A stretch of 64,000 nt of DNA from Eledone cirrhosa (GCA_964016885.1 OZ024741.1:62620001-62684000), one strand, 5' to 3'. Shown: positions 16,152 through 30,084, counted from the first letter of the stretch. Numbers and translations are program-made. Notes: generated from the sequence alone by a model not told the origin.

Positions 16152-17340
16152 CCAAGATCACTGTGAAAATGATGAACAAGCAGCTGGAAAGGTAGGTGTT
16201 GGAGGATGTGCTGAACAACTCCTAATCAACAAAACTGCGACAACTTAAGAGGAATATGTCTACAGTCTGGCTGGACTGCATTTCATTCTGTTCCCAACTC
16301 TTGGATAATAGAGGCCCTCCAACTTGCTAAATTCCCAAATATTATTATCAGAGCCACAGAGAAGCTGTCTTCCTCTTGGGCTACTATACTAAAGTTAAAA
16401 ACAGAGAAGGGGGACTCTATTTTCACTGATACAATAGAATATCACAAGGGTATATTTCAAGGCGTCAGTCTCTCTGTGCTACTATTTATCCTGTCATTAA
16501 ACCCCATTGTCCTTTCTGCTCATTAAATGTGAAGGATACATCATTGGCTCACAGGAGGACAGATATACGAACTTAACCCATAATTTCTTTGTGGATGAAA
16601 CTCTATGCCAAGAAAATAGATGGGATGAAGAAAAATCTTGACCTGGTTACAACAATCTCAAAGGATTTAGGAATGGAGTTTTGCTAAAATAAATGTTCAT
16701 ATATGACTGTAAAGCGGGGAGGAAAAACTACAACGCAATCTAGCAACATTTTTATCAATGGCCTAACTGTTTCACTGATATCTGACGAGGAGTGTTACAG
16801 ATACCTGGGGATAGATGAGAATATATCCTATAATGGTATTTGTAATAAGGAACGCGTAACCAGGGAATATTACACCTGATTAAGGAAAATATGGTCATCG
16901 GAACTCTCTGCGCACATAAAAAAACAGTGGCTCACAATGTGTTTGCTGTGCCTGTCCTAACACAAATGTTTGGAATACTTAATTGGACGATAGATGAAAT
17001 CCGAGAAATTGATGTTAAAACTCGAAAAATTCTAAACAACACCGGAAACTTTCACATCAACAGTGACATAGAACGTAAGTAGGGAGGCAGAGGCCTAACA
17101 TCAGTCCAGACAGTATCTGAGTGTCGCATCATATCCATCCGACAACATTTACGAACCTCGAAGCATAGGAGTCCATCTATTGAGCAAGTCTACCTGCATG
17201 AGACAGATAAGATCATGAGAGTTGGGAAGGAGGTCCTTGAAAGATACTCCTGCATGACAATAAAAAAACTCGAAAGCAGCCCAGCAGATGCCAATATAAT
17301 ATTAAAGATTAGCGAAAAGGAGAATATCTATGCAGAACAA
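16152..17340 (+). pseudogene. R4/Dong-clade non-LTR retrotransposon RT fragment, decayed
   Basis: EQAAGKVGVGGCAEQLLINK, KGIFQGVSLSVLLFILSLNPLS, THNFFVD, YRYLGI, NVFAVPVLT..FGILNWT..EI..IDVKTRKIL, FHINSDIER, GGRGL. Confidence 0.8.
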
Positions 17341-17424
17341 ATGAGAAATCAACAGATACTCCACCCTGACTAGAAAGAACACAAGTTAGGAAATTACAAG
17401 TACAATCAATTAATTGTTTGTATT

Positions 17425-17600
17425 TTAGGCACAAGGCCAGCAACTACCCAGTACATTACTGGTATTTTATTTTATCGACCCCGTAAGGATGAAAGACAAA
17501 GTTAACCTCGGCAGGATTTGAACTCAGATCATAAAGGGACGTAACTCTATGCTGCAAAGCATGGCGTCCGACCCTCTACCGATACTGCTAATCCACGCCC
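17425..17600 (-). mobile_element. tRNA-derived SINE
   Basis: Same family as 4580. Confidence 0.9.
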
Positions 17601-18523
17601 TCAAGTACAATCAATTAATGGAACATAAAAATATGTAAAACATTCCAAAAATTCTGCATCTAATAATTGCATATACACATGTACAGATACAAAGCATATG
17701 CACACATACAACTCAAAACATCCACATCCACACATACAATAACATCCACACCTGCACACACATGCATACATGCTGGCATGCATACATATCTACTTAGTTG
17801 ATGTTGTGTAAATTCCAATGAGAGAGTATTGTATCTATGCTGGAAACCGACTCTTTGTCACTATTGGCCAAAATTTGTGAAATTATAAAACCAGAAGAAC
17901 ATACATACACATACATACATACATACAAACACACACATACACACATGTTTGTACTCCACAAACTTGCATATGCTAGGTACCATTAATAAAAATTATATTT
18001 GCTTTGTAATTTATATATTTAAAATACAAACTAAAAACATGACAATATCACAAGAGTAAACATTTTCTGCAGATTTTTCTCTATAATTATTTAGTAGAGT
18101 TGATATGTGTATATTTGTATTCCGAGTATTTAAATTAACTGGAAGTTCCTTATTTATTTTTATTATATAATTTTTCTTTAATATTTATCAATGTCTGATA
18201 ACTAGCCGAAATATAATATAATTAAATATTTGAGAATCTGAAAATTTGATATCAAATTATAAATAAATAACTATTAATTAAAGACTCCAATAAACACATA
18301 CACACCTACGCGCATGCACAGGCACTTATACATGCATAAACACATACATACATACATACATACATACATACATACACACACACACGCAATAATACCCATA
18401 TATATATATATATTCATACACATACCCCCCCCACACACACACATATATATATATGTATATAAATATAAATGAAGATATATATATATATATATATGTAAAT
18501 AAATATATATATATATATGTAAA

Positions 18524-18558
<35 letters not shown>

Positions 18559-18587
18559 CTGTAAATAAATATATATAAATATGTATG

Positions 18588-18625
<38 letters not shown>

Positions 18626-18634
18626 GGGATATAG

Positions 18635-18667
<33 letters not shown>

Positions 18668-19021
18668 TGTATGTATGTATGTATAGGTGTATGTATGTAT
18701 AGTTATGTGTGCATGTGTGTGTTTTGACAGAATGTGTGTAAATATAGAAAAGTTGGAATAGGAAATCACAATGCCATCAATTAATAAAACGGTAATAAAA
18801 AATATCAGATCTGTTATCGATCAACTTGTGTACAAAGACTGACAGTAACTACAAAATCAATGAATACTAAGTTTTCATTCAATGGAGGTATTGAGTATCC
18901 TCTCTCTACATCACGTACCATCGCTTTCTCTCCCCTTTTCTTTCTCTCTCTCTTTATCCATCCATCCATCCATCCATTCATCTATCTATCTATCCATCTA
19001 TCTATCTATCTATCTATCTAT

Positions 19022-19762
19022 CTGGCAGTGCTACCGAGGAGCTCTACCAGTTCGAGACAAGCTCTACAGACATGGGCGCCCGGGCAGGGACCCTGCAAAA
19101 AAGATCTGTCCGAGGTGCGTGCGAGACGAAGAAACCGTCGCGCACGCATTCATACACTGCCCGGGCGTCACTGACCTGTGGGGCTATGTAGAACGACTAT
19201 TGTCGCGGGTGGGACCAATCCAGTTGACCACCGAGTCCATTGTCATGATCAAACCGCCACCCTCCTTCAAAAACGAAGGAGAGGCGGTTTTCCTTTGTGT
19301 GATAGCTATGGCGAAAGAGGTTGTATGGTGGACAAGGTTGAAAGGGCTGAGGTCAGACACCTTTCTCTCCGGCCAACAACTGATTCTTTTTTTCAAATAC
19401 CACTTTGGAAGAAGAATCAGGATGGAGAGAGAGGTGCTGTACCCCAGCAAGTTTTATGAAAGGTGGGTGAAAGTGGCGAGAATGGCCCGAGTGAATGGGC
19501 CTTCTCTCTATATCAGCCTGTAGGTTGAGGAAAAGGAGGAGGAGAGGAAAGGAGTACAAGCTCTTCGTACTCCTGGAGATGAGGGTTGCACATTTTTTTC
19601 GGGGGTCTGTGTTACCCATATAAACTGTCTCCCTCTATTGGGGAAAATCGACTAACTTTTAAATTCCATCTGTGATAACATTTTACACGTTTTTATTGTA
19701 TGTAAACTTCCCCCTTTGTATTTGTCCCCTTCTTTTGTGCCCCTGTGGCTAATAAAGAAATA
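19022..19762 (+). mobile_element. 5'-truncated Tx1-clade LINE (ORF2 C-terminal CCHC plus 3' UTR)
   Basis: WQCYRGALPVRDKL..CPRCVRDEETVAHAFIHCP; ends aataaagaaata(tcta)n; preceded by (atct)n. Confidence 0.92.
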
Positions 19763-19800
19763 TATCTATCTATCTATCTATCTATCTATTATTTTTCTCA

Positions 19801-21142
19801 CAAGGTGTTTGCACTAACCCAGAAATGGGCCAAGTGTAAGCTGTCCCTAAAAGGCCGGGCGGAGGTGGCGAACATTTACATAGCGTCCGTCACTTACTAC
19901 CGCCTGACTGTCGTGCCTTGCCCTAAGGAAACACTCACCACCATTGAACGCATGCTCTTCCAATTTCTTTGGAAGAAGCGCCCTCCTATGGTGAGAAGAT
20001 CCATCTGCTGCCAACAACCTTCGAAAGGAGGGCTGGGGATGCCGTGGTTGATGATGCGTAGGCACGCATTAAGGCTACGGCACCTACAGGTATTCCTCAC
20101 TGGTCAACCGGTGTGGGCTCCGTCGTGAAACGAGCCTTTCCGAGACTCGTCTCGCTCACCGAGCTGCAGTCCTGGGTCAAGCAAAGATCCGGAAAACTGG
20201 GAGACTGGCACACTGAGTGTGCTCAGGCGCTCAGGGCTCTCTGGCAAGCGGGCCAGGCCATCGGTGGAGAATCCACCTCATCATTCTATAGAGGGCTGGT
20301 GGCTAGCAGGGGCGATGACACCCTTGGAGAATCGCTGGACATGGAAGAGGATGAACTGGCCAGCCTGTTCGGTAGGACTTTCGGCCCGGGACCAATGGAC
20401 AACTTCCAGAAGTCACTAGCCTGGCAGTGCTACCGGGGGGCTCTACCCGTTCGAGAGAGGCTCTACAGACACGGGCGCCCGGGCAGGGATCCCTCGAAAA
20501 AGATTTGCCCTAGATGCGTGCGTCACGAAGAAACCGTTCCGCACGCATTGGTGCAATGTCCGGGCGTGGCTGATCTGTGGGGCTACGCCGAACGACTGCT
20601 GTCGCGGTTGGCGCCAATTCGATTGACCGCCGAGTCCGTGATGACAATCAAACCGCCTCCCCTCTTCACAAAGGAAGCAAAGGCGGTTTTTCTGTGCGTA
20701 ATAGCCATGTTGAAAGAGGTTGTTTGGTGGACACGATTGAAAGGTCTGAGGTCAGGCAACTTCCTCTCTGGCCATAGTCTGGTCTACTTCTTCCGATATC
20801 ACTTCGGAAGAAGGATAAGAATGGAGAGAGAGAGGTGCTTGGCCACAGGCAGTTTTATGAAAGGTGGGTGATAGTGGCGAGAATGGCTCGTGTAAATGGG
20901 CCTTCTCTGTATACCATCCTGTAGGTAAAGAAGTGAAGGAGAGGGGAGCACCTTCTCCATGTGCTCCCCGGGCAAAGGATTGCACACTTTTTCGGGGGTG
21001 TGTGCAACCTCCATCACGTCCCCTCCCTTTTGAGGTTGTTTTCGATTATTTTAATTGTATACCCTTTTTACTCGATTTGTATGTAAACTCCCCCTTTGTA
21101 TTTGTCCCTTCTTTTTATGCCTTAATGGTAAATAAAGAAATA
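19801..21142 (+). mobile_element. 5'-truncated Tx1-clade LINE, near-identical to 28962-30302
   Basis: Direct sequence match by eye; ORFs 19745-20128 and 20113-20871. Confidence 0.95.
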
Positions 21143-21154
21143 TATCTATCTATT

Positions 21155-21317
21155 CTTTTTCTGGGTGTGTACAACCCCTGTGTAACGCCTCCCCCCTATT
21201 GGGGATATCAATTGTTATTTGTTATTTTATTAATAGTTTTATTTTCATATACCTGTATGTAAACTCCCCATTTGTATTTGTCCCCTTCTTTTGTGCCCTT
21301 GTGGCTAATAAAGAAAT

Positions 21318-21320
<3 letters not shown>
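21155..21320 (+). mobile_element. Tx1 3' UTR-only truncated copy
   Basis: tgtatgtaaactccc..tttgtatttgtcccc..gctaataaagaaa followed by (tcta)n. Confidence 0.85.
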
Positions 21321-21365
<45 letters not shown>

Positions 21366-21457
21366 ATATCTATTTGACTGACTGTCTTTCTGTCTATCTA
21401 TCTTATCTATTTCTCTATCTGACTCTGTTTTTATATCTAACTAGCTAGCACCCCCTC

Positions 21458-21616
<159 letters not shown>

Positions 21617-21789
21617 TATATATATTTACATATTTATTTATTTACCTGTAATGTGTTTTTCTCGTAATATTCACCTGTAATATGCTTTTTTTGTAATGTT
21701 CACTCAAATTAAATTTTGTTGAAAATGTTTAAGTAAATCTAGAAATGTTGTCTTTGGAATGGGATTCAAAATCTTTTTACAAATATTGA

Positions 21790-22375
21790 AGAAGCTGAAA
21801 AAACACCCACAAAGAAAGAAAGAACGAGAGTGGGTTTGAGGGAAAACAACCACAAAGAAAGAAAGAACGAGAGAGTGGGTTTTGAAGGAAAGAGAGAGAG
21901 AGGGAGAGAGAGAGGGGGTATAAGGGAAATAGATATAGAAGCTATGGGAGAGAGGAAAGAAATGGGAATTATCTGATAAGAAAGAGAGAGTGAGAGAGAG
22001 AAAGAAAGAGAAAGAAGAAAGAAAGATAAAGAAGTAATATTGATGAGAAAGAGATAAAGAAAGAGGAATGGAGTTAATGTTGGGGAGAGGAAAAGGGAGA
22101 GACAGAAAGAAGAATGAAGAATGGAAATAATATAAGAGAGAAAGAAGAAAAGGAAGTAAACGGGAGAGAGCAAAAGTGAGAATGAAGAAAACATTTAACA
22201 TTACGAAAAATGAGAACGAAAACATGGATAGTAAGAGAGAGAAAGAGCGAGAGTGAGAGAGGGAGAGTGTGTGTGAGAGAACAGAAGAGAGAAAGAGAGA
22301 GAGTGGGGAAGAACAGAGAGAATAGGTGTAAGAATTGACAACAGAAACTGCAGAGACCAGAAATAAAAAAAAGCC
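21790..22375. repeat. Purine-rich (GA) low-complexity tract
   Basis: Direct sequence. Confidence 0.85.
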
Positions 22376-22399
22376 TTTCATTACTTAATAAAGTCATTA

Positions 22400-22592
22400 G
22401 TGTAGGTAAAGCATCGGACACCTTGCTTCGTGGCATAGAGTTACGGCCCTTTACGTTCTGAGTTCAAATCTCAGCGAGGTTAGCTTTGCCTTTCATCCTC
22501 ACGGGGTCGATAAAATAAAGTACCAGTTATGCACTTGGGTCGATTTAATCGACTTTCCCCGCCGTTGGCCTTATGCCTAAATCAGAAATCAT
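22400..22592 (+). mobile_element. tRNA-derived SINE
   Basis: B-box gagttcaaatc plus central domain. Confidence 0.85.
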
Positions 22593-22783
22593 TACCTAGT
22601 AAAGTAATTTTATATTATTAAATTCAAATCCTTCTGGTAACACGATTGAGACAGTAACTATCAAGTCAATGCATTTCCGTCGGTTTCGACGATGATTATT
22701 TCAGGTGTACAATAATCGGAACAGCTTTCATATCGTAGTACATTTTTGATGATTACATTCTATTTAATATCTATATTTTCAAC

Positions 22784-23128
22784 CAGGGCCGGATTTAATT
22801 GGGTGCAAAGGGAGCATTGCGGCAATTGTCCCCATCTCCCCTGCAGTACATGTCTGTGTGTGTGTGAGGGTGGGGGCACCAGTGACGGCTGTAGCAATTT
22901 ATTTGTGCTCTCGGCTGGGCTTTTCAGTTTTAGGATGGTTAGAATATTTTAATTTAATACTTGTATGTGCAACCGTTCAATTCCAATTACTTGCGCAAAG
23001 ATAACTGATGTGTAAAATTGGGGAAAGGAATTTGCTGTGTATTCTAATGTTTTGCTGAGTATTCTAATGTTTTGTGTACGAAAGGCCCCCAGAACTGAAG
23101 AGCCCCCGAAGATCTATATCCAACCCTG
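22784..23128. mobile_element. hAT-type MITE with 8-bp TSD
   Basis: TIRs cagggccggattta / tatatccaaccctg; ttttcaac at 22776-22783 and 23129-23136. Confidence 0.85.
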
Positions 23129-23149
23129 TTTTCAACTAAATAATTATTA

Positions 23150-23732
23150 TAATCACTACCTTAAATTCATAGCGAAAGGCCTTCACAATGATTTTAAATA
23201 AACATACAGTATATTATTAAATATACAGTACGTACAATCATATATATATATATATATTAGTATTGGTGCTCTGAAATAGCGATGTATAGATGAATGAATG
23301 TATAGTATATTTGGCAATATACTGTATGTTTAATTAAAAACATTTTGAAGACTATTTGCTATGAGTTTTAAAGTAGTGACTTATTGTCAAATATACTATA
23401 CATACATTCATGTAGACATCACTATTTCAGAGCACCAATACTAATACCTAATTTTTTCTGGATCGGCAACCACTCTGTTTAATTACCTCTTAAATATTAC
23501 TGGAATTCTGCAAGAACCCAGCTTCTATAACTCTCAGCAGAAGCAAAGGAGTGAGTGGTCTTGATAAATGCTAACGAACGAGAAACAGGACTGTCGTTCA
23601 CTTTTCTTTGCTTTTGCCGAGAATAAGTAAGTGACATAGTCACTACTTTAAAACTCATAGCGAATGGTCTTCAAAATGTTTTTAATTAAACATACAGTAT
23701 ATTGCCAAATATACTATACATACATTCATATA
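23150..23732. repeat. Nested inverted-repeat (foldback) element; related copy at 32777-32960
   Basis: attagtattggtgctctgaaatag ... ctatttcagagcaccaatactaat (23256-23446); 23640-23730 is the reverse complement of 23293-23380. Confidence 0.8.
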
Positions 23733-23751
23733 TACATATACATATATAAAT

Positions 23752-24059
23752 ATGCAATTGGAGTCTTTAAGAAAGATTATTTACAATACCATTACCGGTT
23801 TCACAGCTACATGATTTTCAAAAGTTAAGTTAGAGAGATTTAAGGCTATGCCGTAATGTGTGCCGCATCTGATCCTTGGGAAATTTCCGTTTTATGCATA
23901 TTGCATAAAACGGAAATAAATTTTCCAGCCCATCCCCAGATGTAACACACATTACGCATAGCCTCACATCCCTCCAACACACTTAACTTTCGAAATTGAT
24001 ACAACTCTGAAACCGGTAAATAAATTGTAAATGAATCTGCTTAAAGAGTTCAAATGCAT
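23752..24059. repeat. Older diverged foldback with perfect 16-bp core
   Basis: Core atttccgttttatgca-tat-tgcataaaacggaaat; outer arms diverged but colinear (taccggtttca / tgaaaccggta). Confidence 0.75.
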
Positions 24060-24470
24060 GTTCAACTTCTTTTTCCTATATTTTTACCTGTGTAGTATAT
24101 GAAAAGCTTATACAAATGATATATTAACAAATGAGTATCTATTTATTGCTCTTGCTTGATAGGACTAAGCTCATGCTGGTCAGCGATCCCAGAGGCTTAA
24201 ACTCACAAATTGGAATATTTCACTAATGTGAATGTTTTTGTATAGTGTTGGTTTAAAAAAGAAAATTTCGACACTTTTCCATCAACCCCACAATCCTAAA
24301 ACAAAACCACAACCACCACGGCCACCATCCTTATCTCTCTCTCCCCCCTCTCTCTCTCTTCCTCTCTCTCTTTCTTTCTCTTTCTCACACACACACACAC
24401 ATTCAGACACATCCCCTTCGTGTAATTTAGAAAAAAAAATCAACGTTTGTTGCAGCCCCCCCCCTACTAC

Positions 24471-24539
<69 letters not shown>

Positions 24540-24562
24540 CTCTCTCTCTCTCTCCCTATCTC

Positions 24563-24641
<79 letters not shown>

Positions 24642-25065
24642 CAACCACTCAATCTAGCTGTCGTCTGTTCTACAGCGTAGAAGTAATTCACTTCGCGCAG
24701 AAGTTTTGTTCAAATTTATTGCGGAAATTTTGTAAGTTCAAATTTAATTTTGATACTATTGTGTAGCTTGACCCCCCCCCCCCCCCCCGTCTGAACTGTC
24801 AGGCGGTGGGTCAGCTCATCTTTACCCCTCCTAGGGGTGAAAAACCTGTTTTTAAAAATTTTGTGGCAAAAAAATTTCAATCGTCTGACAGAAATGTTAA
24901 ACGAAGCGAACGAAAATAGTAGTGGGGGGACAGCGGTAAGAGTTGTAAGCTCGCACGCTTTAGTCCCCCCTTCCTTCCCAACTAACGTCATAGAGAAGGA
25001 AGGAAAAAAATAAAATAAAAACAGACGAATCTGCGGAGAAAAATGACAAAAACACAAATCTGGAC

Positions 25066-26805
25066 ATGGATTCCAACAACGAAAAAAAAAAATTTGAAAA
25101 ATTGCATGACAATATTAATACCACAAACAAAGACACAACAAACACAAAAATAACATTTGAAAGCAACATCATAACAGAAAGCAAAGCAGACGACAAAGTC
25201 AACAACAACAAGATTTCATTTGCACAAACAAAGAAATCTCTGACATATATACCTGAAAATATTTCAGATGTTGCACAAAGAATCACAGACGCCAAACAAT
25301 ACATAAGTGAAGGAGAGAATGGTATTTTATCGGTAAAAATGCCTCAAGAACTCACCAAAGACATTGAAAGTCGAACGGTCGTGTTCCGCACCATCAACAA
25401 CATTTCTAAAAAACCTGAACAGCCAACTCAAACAGATATCAAAACAGTACTCACAGAAGTACTTAATGAAACCACTTTCATAAGAAAAGACAGACTGTAT
25501 GGAAGCCTAGCAATTATTATGAAGAACGAATCGGCGGCAAAAAAATGTGCTTTGTCACCGATTCGTTCGAAAATGTTTACCTTTTATCCATCTTATATGG
25601 GGAAAAGAACTCAACGCATATGGCTGGATGCAATGATGCCAGATGTGGACTACTGCTGGCTCATAGCTGGCTTCATAGATCCAGTGAATGACAACGTGAT
25701 TTCCATTGGGAAAACCACAGGCAATGCGTTCAGTGGAACAGGTATAGAGCTTGTAGTGCAAATGAAGCCTGAACGTATCGCCCAAATACCCGACAGAATC
25801 CTATTAGAGGGCCACGGGTATATAAACATTAGCGTGGAGGGGAGAAGGCCGTTCTGTCATATATGTGCAGGCAGAGAGCACCTGAAAGCCGCTTGTCCCC
25901 AACTCAACAAAAAGAAAACCCTGCTACCAACACCAGCTCCACCACCACCACCACCACAACAGATAAACAAACAACAAAACTCAGTCCCACCCAACCCGTC
26001 CCTCAGTAAAACTACACCACCACAACAACACAAACAGTCACAACACATTACCCCAAAACAAAATACAGGCCCACCCAACCCCTCACTCAATAAAACAACA
26101 CAACCACCGCAGCCACAACACACAACACAGTCTAACATAGTGACATCCATCTCCCCCACAAAGAAAACCAACACGGAAACATTACCAGCAAACATACCTC
26201 TTCCCTCCAACACTGAAGATAACCCAACGAATTCGGAGGAAGAAACGGAGTCCTTCAGACAGATTAAAAGAAAAAAAAGAAAACATGTGCAAAACACACA
26301 AGGCCAAACAACCCCCACCCAAATGTCAACACAATCCAACAAAACACAAAACACCCCTCCAGCAACAAACAAAACCAAACCTGCCCCTCCCCTCTTCGAA
26401 ACACTCACACCATCCGAAAAAAAGACATTACACTATACTTACATCAACAGAAACAATAATAAATTAAATGAACTCATAAACAATAATCCTTCGGTACAAA
26501 CCGAAGGTGTAAACTTTGTTTCTTCAGAAAACTACCCACATTTAAAATTAAAAAAGATCCCAATGAACCTCTACCAAAAACTAAAAAAGGATTTTAAGGA
26601 GGACGTAGGACCACCCTCTGTCAAACCCATAAACCGCGTCCTACTAAAAAGCTTTCCCCCTCCCCTTCCCCTCCCCAACACAACTCCAAACACCCCAACC
26701 CCACCATACACTGACGACTCCACACCACCACAAGACACCCCTTCACCCAACACCCCCGACCCCATGGAAGTCGTGCGAACCGAACCCCGGGAAGCAGAAA
26801 GGTAG
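25066..26805 (+). CDS. Tx1 LINE ORF1 (CCHC zinc knuckle, P/T/Q-rich tail)
   Basis: 579-aa ORF with CHICAGREHLKAAC; the true start may be the ATG near 24893 with an A-run frameshift. Confidence 0.85.
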   Translation: MDSNNEKKKFEKLHDNINTTNKDTTNTKITFESNIITESKADDKVNNNKISFAQTKKSLTYIPENISDVAQRITDAKQYISEGENGILSVKMPQELTKDIESRTVVFRTINNISKKPEQPTQTDIKTVLTEVLNETTFIRKDRLYGSLAIIMKNESAAKKCALSPIRSKMFTFYPSYMGKRTQRIWLDAMMPDVDYCWLIAGFIDPVNDNVISIGKTTGNAFSGTGIELVVQMKPERIAQIPDRILLEGHGYINISVEGRRPFCHICAGREHLKAACPQLNKKKTLLPTPAPPPPPPQQINKQQNSVPPNPSLSKTTPPQQHKQSQHITPKQNTGPPNPSLNKTTQPPQPQHTTQSNIVTSISPTKKTNTETLPANIPLPSNTEDNPTNSEEETESFRQIKRKKRKHVQNTQGQTTPTQMSTQSNKTQNTPPATNKTKPAPPLFETLTPSEKKTLHYTYINRNNNKLNELINNNPSVQTEGVNFVSSENYPHLKLKKIPMNLYQKLKKDFKEDVGPPSVKPINRVLLKSFPPPLPLPNTTPNTPTPPYTDDSTPPQDTPSPNTPDPMEVVRTEPREAER

Positions 26806-26838
26806 GTCACTACACTCTCCTTTGGCTCTGCCGCCCAC

Positions 26839-29800
26839 ATGGATGTGTTAAGAGTAGGATGTTTGAATGCACGTGGCCTGGGCTCAACTTGAAAGCAAGC
26901 AAAGCTTCTAAATGACCTCAGGTCATGTGGTATAAATGTAATGGTTATCTGTGAGACTCGGATCAGCGTCGTGCGGCAGCTGGCCCCTACCTTCGATGAC
27001 TTTGAGGTGCATGCATCTCTCTGTCAACCTGGAGGTGAGGGTGGGGTTGTCGTACTGCTGCAAAAACACCTGGGTCTTGCCGTACAGGTTGTTCACTCGG
27101 ACCCGGAGGGTCGTTTGTTGGTGCTAGACGTTGGCAGTAGTGAAGGTGCGGCCTTGAGACTGGTCGCCGTCTACTCCCCTTTCGGAGCGTAACGGCCCGA
27201 CTTCTTCCAGCGTTTGGAGACTTTTCTGGGAACGTCGCGTTCCCTGCTTCTAGCGGGGGATTGGAATGACATCCTAGATGCACGTTGGGACTATGCAGGA
27301 GCATGTCCTAATAGAGGGGGGGGGGGTGTAACAGCCTCAAGGGGTTACTCGACCGTTTTAACTTGGTCGATAGATATCGACTAGATTTTCCAACTGTGCC
27401 TACCTGGACTTGGAGAAACCACAGTGGTCAATCTAGATCGTACTTAGATAGATTCTTAGTTAGAAGTAAGGATAGGGACATATTAAGCTGTCCAGAAATG
27501 CGCACGGTTGGCTATACGGATCACAAATTAGTGACCTGCGTAGTCAATCTCGAGAAAACACATAAACAGGGTCCCGGTTACTGGAAACTTAATTTGTCTT
27601 TACCGGCAAAAGAGACTTACAGAAACCGGATTAGCAGATTAGTTAAGGAGAGGTTGACGGGTGCAATCGTCAACAACCGATGGTGGGCATCTCTCAAAAG
27701 AGAGATTAGAACAGAATCAATAAGTTATAGCAAGATGTTAGCTGCCGATAGGAATAGAAACGAGAAAGAATTAACAGGTAAATTAGAAGAGGCAATCAAG
27801 AGCGGAGATGTGGCCAGAGTGCTGGCATCGAGGACGGCCTTGAACCAGTTTTTCGATGCAAAGCACGAAGGCTGCGTCATTCGAAGTAAAATACGTGCTC
27901 TAGGTAATGAGAGGGCCAAAGCCGTTGGCTGGGCCCGCGTGACAGAAGCTAAGAGTGGAAATCGATCCACCATCCGGTCGTTGCAAGACGAGGATGGACG
28001 GGTGATCCGGGAGCCTAAGCAGATGTGCGAGGCCTTTCAAAGGCACTTTGCCCGATTATTCGGGGGAGGCGAGGGTCCGGGCGGGGACGTGGATTTCGGT
28101 CCATACCTCGACGGCCTGCCGCGTCTCTCGAGCGAAGAGGCAGAGTCCTGCGAGGGACCAATCTCGGCTGATGAGATCGGAGATGCGCTGAGCCAATGCA
28201 ACAGGCGCAAATCTCCAGGTCTCGATGGTATACCTTACGAACTTTATTTAGCAATGCGCCGGTCTTCTTCTCCGAACTCCTCGAAGCGGTCTACTGCAAT
28301 TGGCAGCAGAACGGGAGAATTCCTTGTTCTGTAGGGGTAGTCTCGCTGGTGAGGAAGGACGAGAACAAGGGGGATAGTATAAATAATTTTCGGCCCATAA
28401 CCCTGCTAAACACAGAGTTAAAGATTTTGGGCAAGGTGTTAGCAAAGGGGTTGGCGCTTGTCGTGGGTAGCCTGGTGGGAGATGCGCAGACATGTGCTAT
28501 CCCATCCAGGTCCATTCACAATAACCTCCACCTCATGCGATACATCATAGAGAGTGTTGGCAACAAACCCGGCTTCGGTGGGGCCCTGATCAACTTGGAT
28601 CAGTCTAAGGCCTTCGATAGGGTCGACCATGGTTACTGAGGAAGTTAGAGTTGTTGCAGGGTATCCCCCTGGAACCAGGATTGAGCAAAGCGGTGTCGGC
28701 CTACGCAGATGACGTAACAGTAATGGTATCGACCGACTCGGATATCGTGGCGATCGGTACCTTACTGGAGGATTACGAAAGGTAGTCAGGAGCGAAACTG
28801 AACCGGGAAAAATCCATCGGGCTGCAACTCGGAACGTGGAGAGGCAGACCGATGCCTCCCGACGGTGTCGCCGGACACTGGACGGAGGGCCCGGTAAAGT
28901 TGCTTGGGGTCTGGTTTGGACCGGACCTCCAGGTGGAAAAGAACTGGGACGAGGTTACGAACAAGCTGTTTGCACTAACCCAGAAATGGGCCAAATGTAA
29001 GCTGTCCCTAAAAGGCCGGGCGGAGGTGGCGAACATTTACATAGCGTCCGTCACTTACTACCGCCTGACTGTCGTGCCTTGCCCTAAGGAAACACTCACC
29101 ACCATTGAACGCATGCTCTTCCAATTTCTTTGGAAGAAGCGCCCTCCTATGGTGAGAAGATCCATCTGCTGCCAACAACCTTCGAAAGGAGGGCTGGGGA
29201 TGCCGTGGTTGATGATGCGTAGGCACGCATTAAGGCTACGGCACCTACAGGTATTCCTCACTGGTCAACCGGTGTGGGCTCCGTTCGTGAAACGAGCCTT
29301 TCCGAGACTCGTCTCGCTCACCGAGCTGCAGTCCTGGGTCAAGCAAAGATCCGGAAAACTGGGAGACTGGCACACTGAGTGTGCCCAGGCGCTCAAGGCT
29401 CTCTGGCAAGCGGGCCCGGCCATCGGTGGAGAATCCACCTCATCATTCTATAGAGGGCTGGTGGCTAGCAGGGGCGATGACACCCTTGGAGAGTCGCTGG
29501 ACATGGAAGAGGACGAACTGGCCAGCCTGTTCGGTAGGACTTTCGGCCCGGGACCAATAGACAACTTCCAGAAGTCACTAGCCTGGCAGTGCTACCGGGG
29601 GGCTCTACCCGTTCGAGAGAGGCTCTACAGACACGGGCGCCCGGGCAGGGATCCCTAAAAAAAGATTTGCCCTAGATGCGTGCGTCACGAAGAAACCGTT
29701 GCGCACGCATTGGTGCAATGTCCGGGCGTGGCTGATCTGTGGGGCTACGCCGAACGACTGCTGTCGCGGGTGGCGCCGATTCAATTGAGCGCCGAGTCCG

Positions 29801-30084
29801 TGATGACAATCAAACCGCCTCCTCTCTTCACAAAGGAAGCAAAGGCGGTTTTTCTGTGCGTAATAGCCATGTTGAAAGAGGTTGTTTGGTGGACACGATT
29901 GAAAGGTTTGATGTCAGGCAACTTCCTCTCTGGCCATAGTCTGGTCTACTTCTTCCGATATCACTTCGGAAGAAGGATGAGAATGGAGAGAGAGGTGCTT
30001 GGCCACAGGCAGTTTTATGAAAGGTGGGTGATAGTGGCGAGAATGGCTCGTGTAAATGGGCCTTCTCTGTATACCATCCTGTAG
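26839..30084 (+). pseudogene. Tx1 ORF2 (APE endonuclease, RT, CCHC), disrupted
   Basis: MDVLRVGCLNARGL, GDWN, SYLDR, TDHK, FRPITLLN, DQSKAFDRVDH, AYADD; about 7 lesions including stops at ~26890, 27190, 28783, 29656 and a deletion at ~28635 removing QGCPLS. Confidence 0.92.

Noticed and set aside
21704-22436. Long hydrophobic S/L/F-rich ORFs resembling membrane proteins
   Set aside because: Artefact of the (CT)-rich strand of a GA tract
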